From Promethearchaeota archaeon (GTDB taxonomy: Archaea > Asgardarchaeota > Lokiarchaeia > Sigyniarchaeales > SOKP01), in NCBI GenBank assembly GCA_016839555.1, contig JAEOUA010000010.1:160001-224000 (forward strand): DNA of 64,000 bases, given 5' to 3'. The notes under the pieces are model-generated. The model saw only the letters and a program-made list of their open reading frames with translations. It was not told where the DNA came from and ran no database searches. This document shows, in pieces, positions 62,934 to 64,000 of the stretch; the first letter of the stretch is position 1; each line of letters opens with the position of its first letter. The position numbers were made by a program, and so were the translations under genes.

Positions 62934-63066
62934 TTTTTTTTCACGTGTGTTTGTTTTTTTATTATATAGACCTTAGCAAGCAAGCGCTTATTACCCTGAC
63001 CTTATTGATTATGAATTTTAAACACATACAGCAAGATATCAATATTTTTTAACAAATTTAGTAATC

Positions 63067-63090
63067 AAAAAGAGACAAGGAAAGCTATCT
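63067..63090 (-). terminator. Putative attenuator hairpin plus U-tract after the leader ORF
   Basis: mRNA AGAUAG-CUUUCC-UUGUCU-CUUUUU (6-bp stem with two G-U pairs, weak). Confidence 0.45.
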
Positions 63091-63094
63091 TGCT

Positions 63095-63196
63095 TTATAA
63101 TACTAATACAGCTGCGGCAATTGCGATAGCCATAGCTAAGGCTACATAATTATTTTGAACTTTTTCCGCATTATGATTAGTATTACATAAGGTCAT
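63095..63196 (-). CDS. 33-aa leader/small ORF upstream of ilvE (MTLCNTNHNAEKVQNNYVALAMAIAIAAAVLVL)
   Basis: ATG 63196 to TAA 63095; last 16 codons are 7 Ala, 3 Val, 3 Leu, 2 Ile, 1 Met; TTTAAATA at about -30 to -23. Confidence 0.65.
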   Translation of the reverse strand: MTLCNTNHNAEKVQNNYVALAMAIAIAAAVLVL

Positions 63197-63479
63197 TGTA
63201 ATAGTTTATTTAAACTAATATTTAAAATATATGGTTTTCATTAGGGGGAATTGTAGTGGGAATTATCTTATAAAGTGTATTATCACTCTAATTAATAGAA
63301 ATCTTTTTAATTCGAGAATTTAATGGCTTTTAAAGCAATAAGAAATTTTAATTAGCATTTAACCATCATAAGATCCCTTAAAGTCTTCGAAATTACGAGT
63401 CTATCCTAAAAAACATTAATAATAAATATTCATAAAAACTTTAAAAAATATTAATAAAAAAAAAATTTTTTTATTTAAA

Positions 63480-64000
63480 ATGAGGGCTATAAAAAAAAGA
63501 AATAAGATTCTCTCCATATTAATTGTTAGTATTTTTCTAATCATTTTTTCAGCAATTAATATGGGAATAGATTTTAATACGCCTCTTAAAAACTCTGAAA
63601 CAACCATTCTGTACCAAAAAAATCCAATACTCGAACCTTCTTCAGTTACATATAATTGGGGCTCTATAGAATTAATCTCTACGGGTAGCGTTAATGATTC
63701 CAGAGATCCAGAGATTATATCTGACAGTTCAGGAAATTTGTATGTTGTCTGGGATGATGGTAATGCTTCGGATCCAAATGATAGGGATGTATTTTTTAAA
63801 TTGTGGAATAAAACAACTAGTAATTGGGAGAATAATGAGACAGTTTCAGAAGATTACAATTTAATATCTGCTAATCCTGATATAGCTTTAATCGATAAAA
63901 CTGCCTTTGTAGTATGGCAAAATATGGGAGATGATATGAATTCTTATGATATATTACGGAGTATCCGAAATCCTGGCGGAAGTTGGGGCAGTTATAAGAA
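63480..64000 (+). CDS. Secreted/surface BNR-sialidase-like beta-propeller repeat protein, partial (runs off window)
   Basis: MRAIKKRNK plus hydrophobic signal; repeats SRDPEIISDSSGNLYVVWDD and SANPDIALIDKTAFVVWQN; several NxS/T sites. Confidence 0.75.
   Translation, partial: MRAIKKRNKILSILIVSIFLIIFSAINMGIDFNTPLKNSETTILYQKNPILEPSSVTYNWGSIELISTGSVNDSRDPEIISDSSGNLYVVWDDGNASDPNDRDVFFKLWNKTTSNWENNETVSEDYNLISANPDIALIDKTAFVVWQNMGDDMNSYDILRSIRNPGGSWGSYK

Noticed and set aside
63416-63607. 63-aa minus-strand ORF
   Set aside because: Antisense to the signal peptide of the plus-strand gene starting at 63480
1-64000. tRNA, rRNA or T-box riboswitch
   Set aside because: No cloverleaf, rRNA-like GC-rich tract or T-box UGGNACC motif was recognised by eye; tRNAscan/Infernal were not run

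Overview
Very AT-rich archaeal window, most consistent with an Asgard archaeon of the Lokiarchaeia type. The basis is inference from a Rag-like GTPase with a roadblock tail, a DENN/longin-like protein, Hdr/Mvh/FrhB genes and a eukaryote-style SECIS. Left third: SCP2-type thiolase plus HMGCS-DUF35 fusion, metal transporters, and sugar/sulfate enzymes. Middle: FAD oxidoreductase plus GtrA flippase, followed by seven tandem GT-C-fold glycosyltransferase paralogs. These are flanked by genes resembling the sulfoglycolytic transaldolase pathway (SqvA-like transaldolase, SqvD-like isomerase, YihQ-like GH31). Right: an Hdr/Mvh/FrhB cluster whose first two genes were missed or fragmented by the ORF track because they are selenoproteins (HdrA with 3 UGA, MvhD with 2 UGA, one downstream AUGA_AA_GA SECIS). 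It is followed by acyl-CoA dehydrogenase, a HEAT protein, an FrhB-Ig fusion beside a Rag-like GTPase, and ilvE. Best candidates for novelty: (1) an unannotated 33-aa Ala/Val/Leu/Ile-rich leader ORF with alternative RNA pairings upstream of ilvE, a possible attenuator in an archaeon; (2) a C-terminal domain shared by the DENN-like protein and the FrhB next to the Rag GTPase; (3) one SECIS apparently serving five UGAs in two cistrons; (4) sulfoglycolysis genes; (5) two genes that seem to need ATA/ATT start codons. No rRNA, tRNA, CRISPR array or mobile element was recognised. All family calls come from motif recognition and memory, with no database searches.
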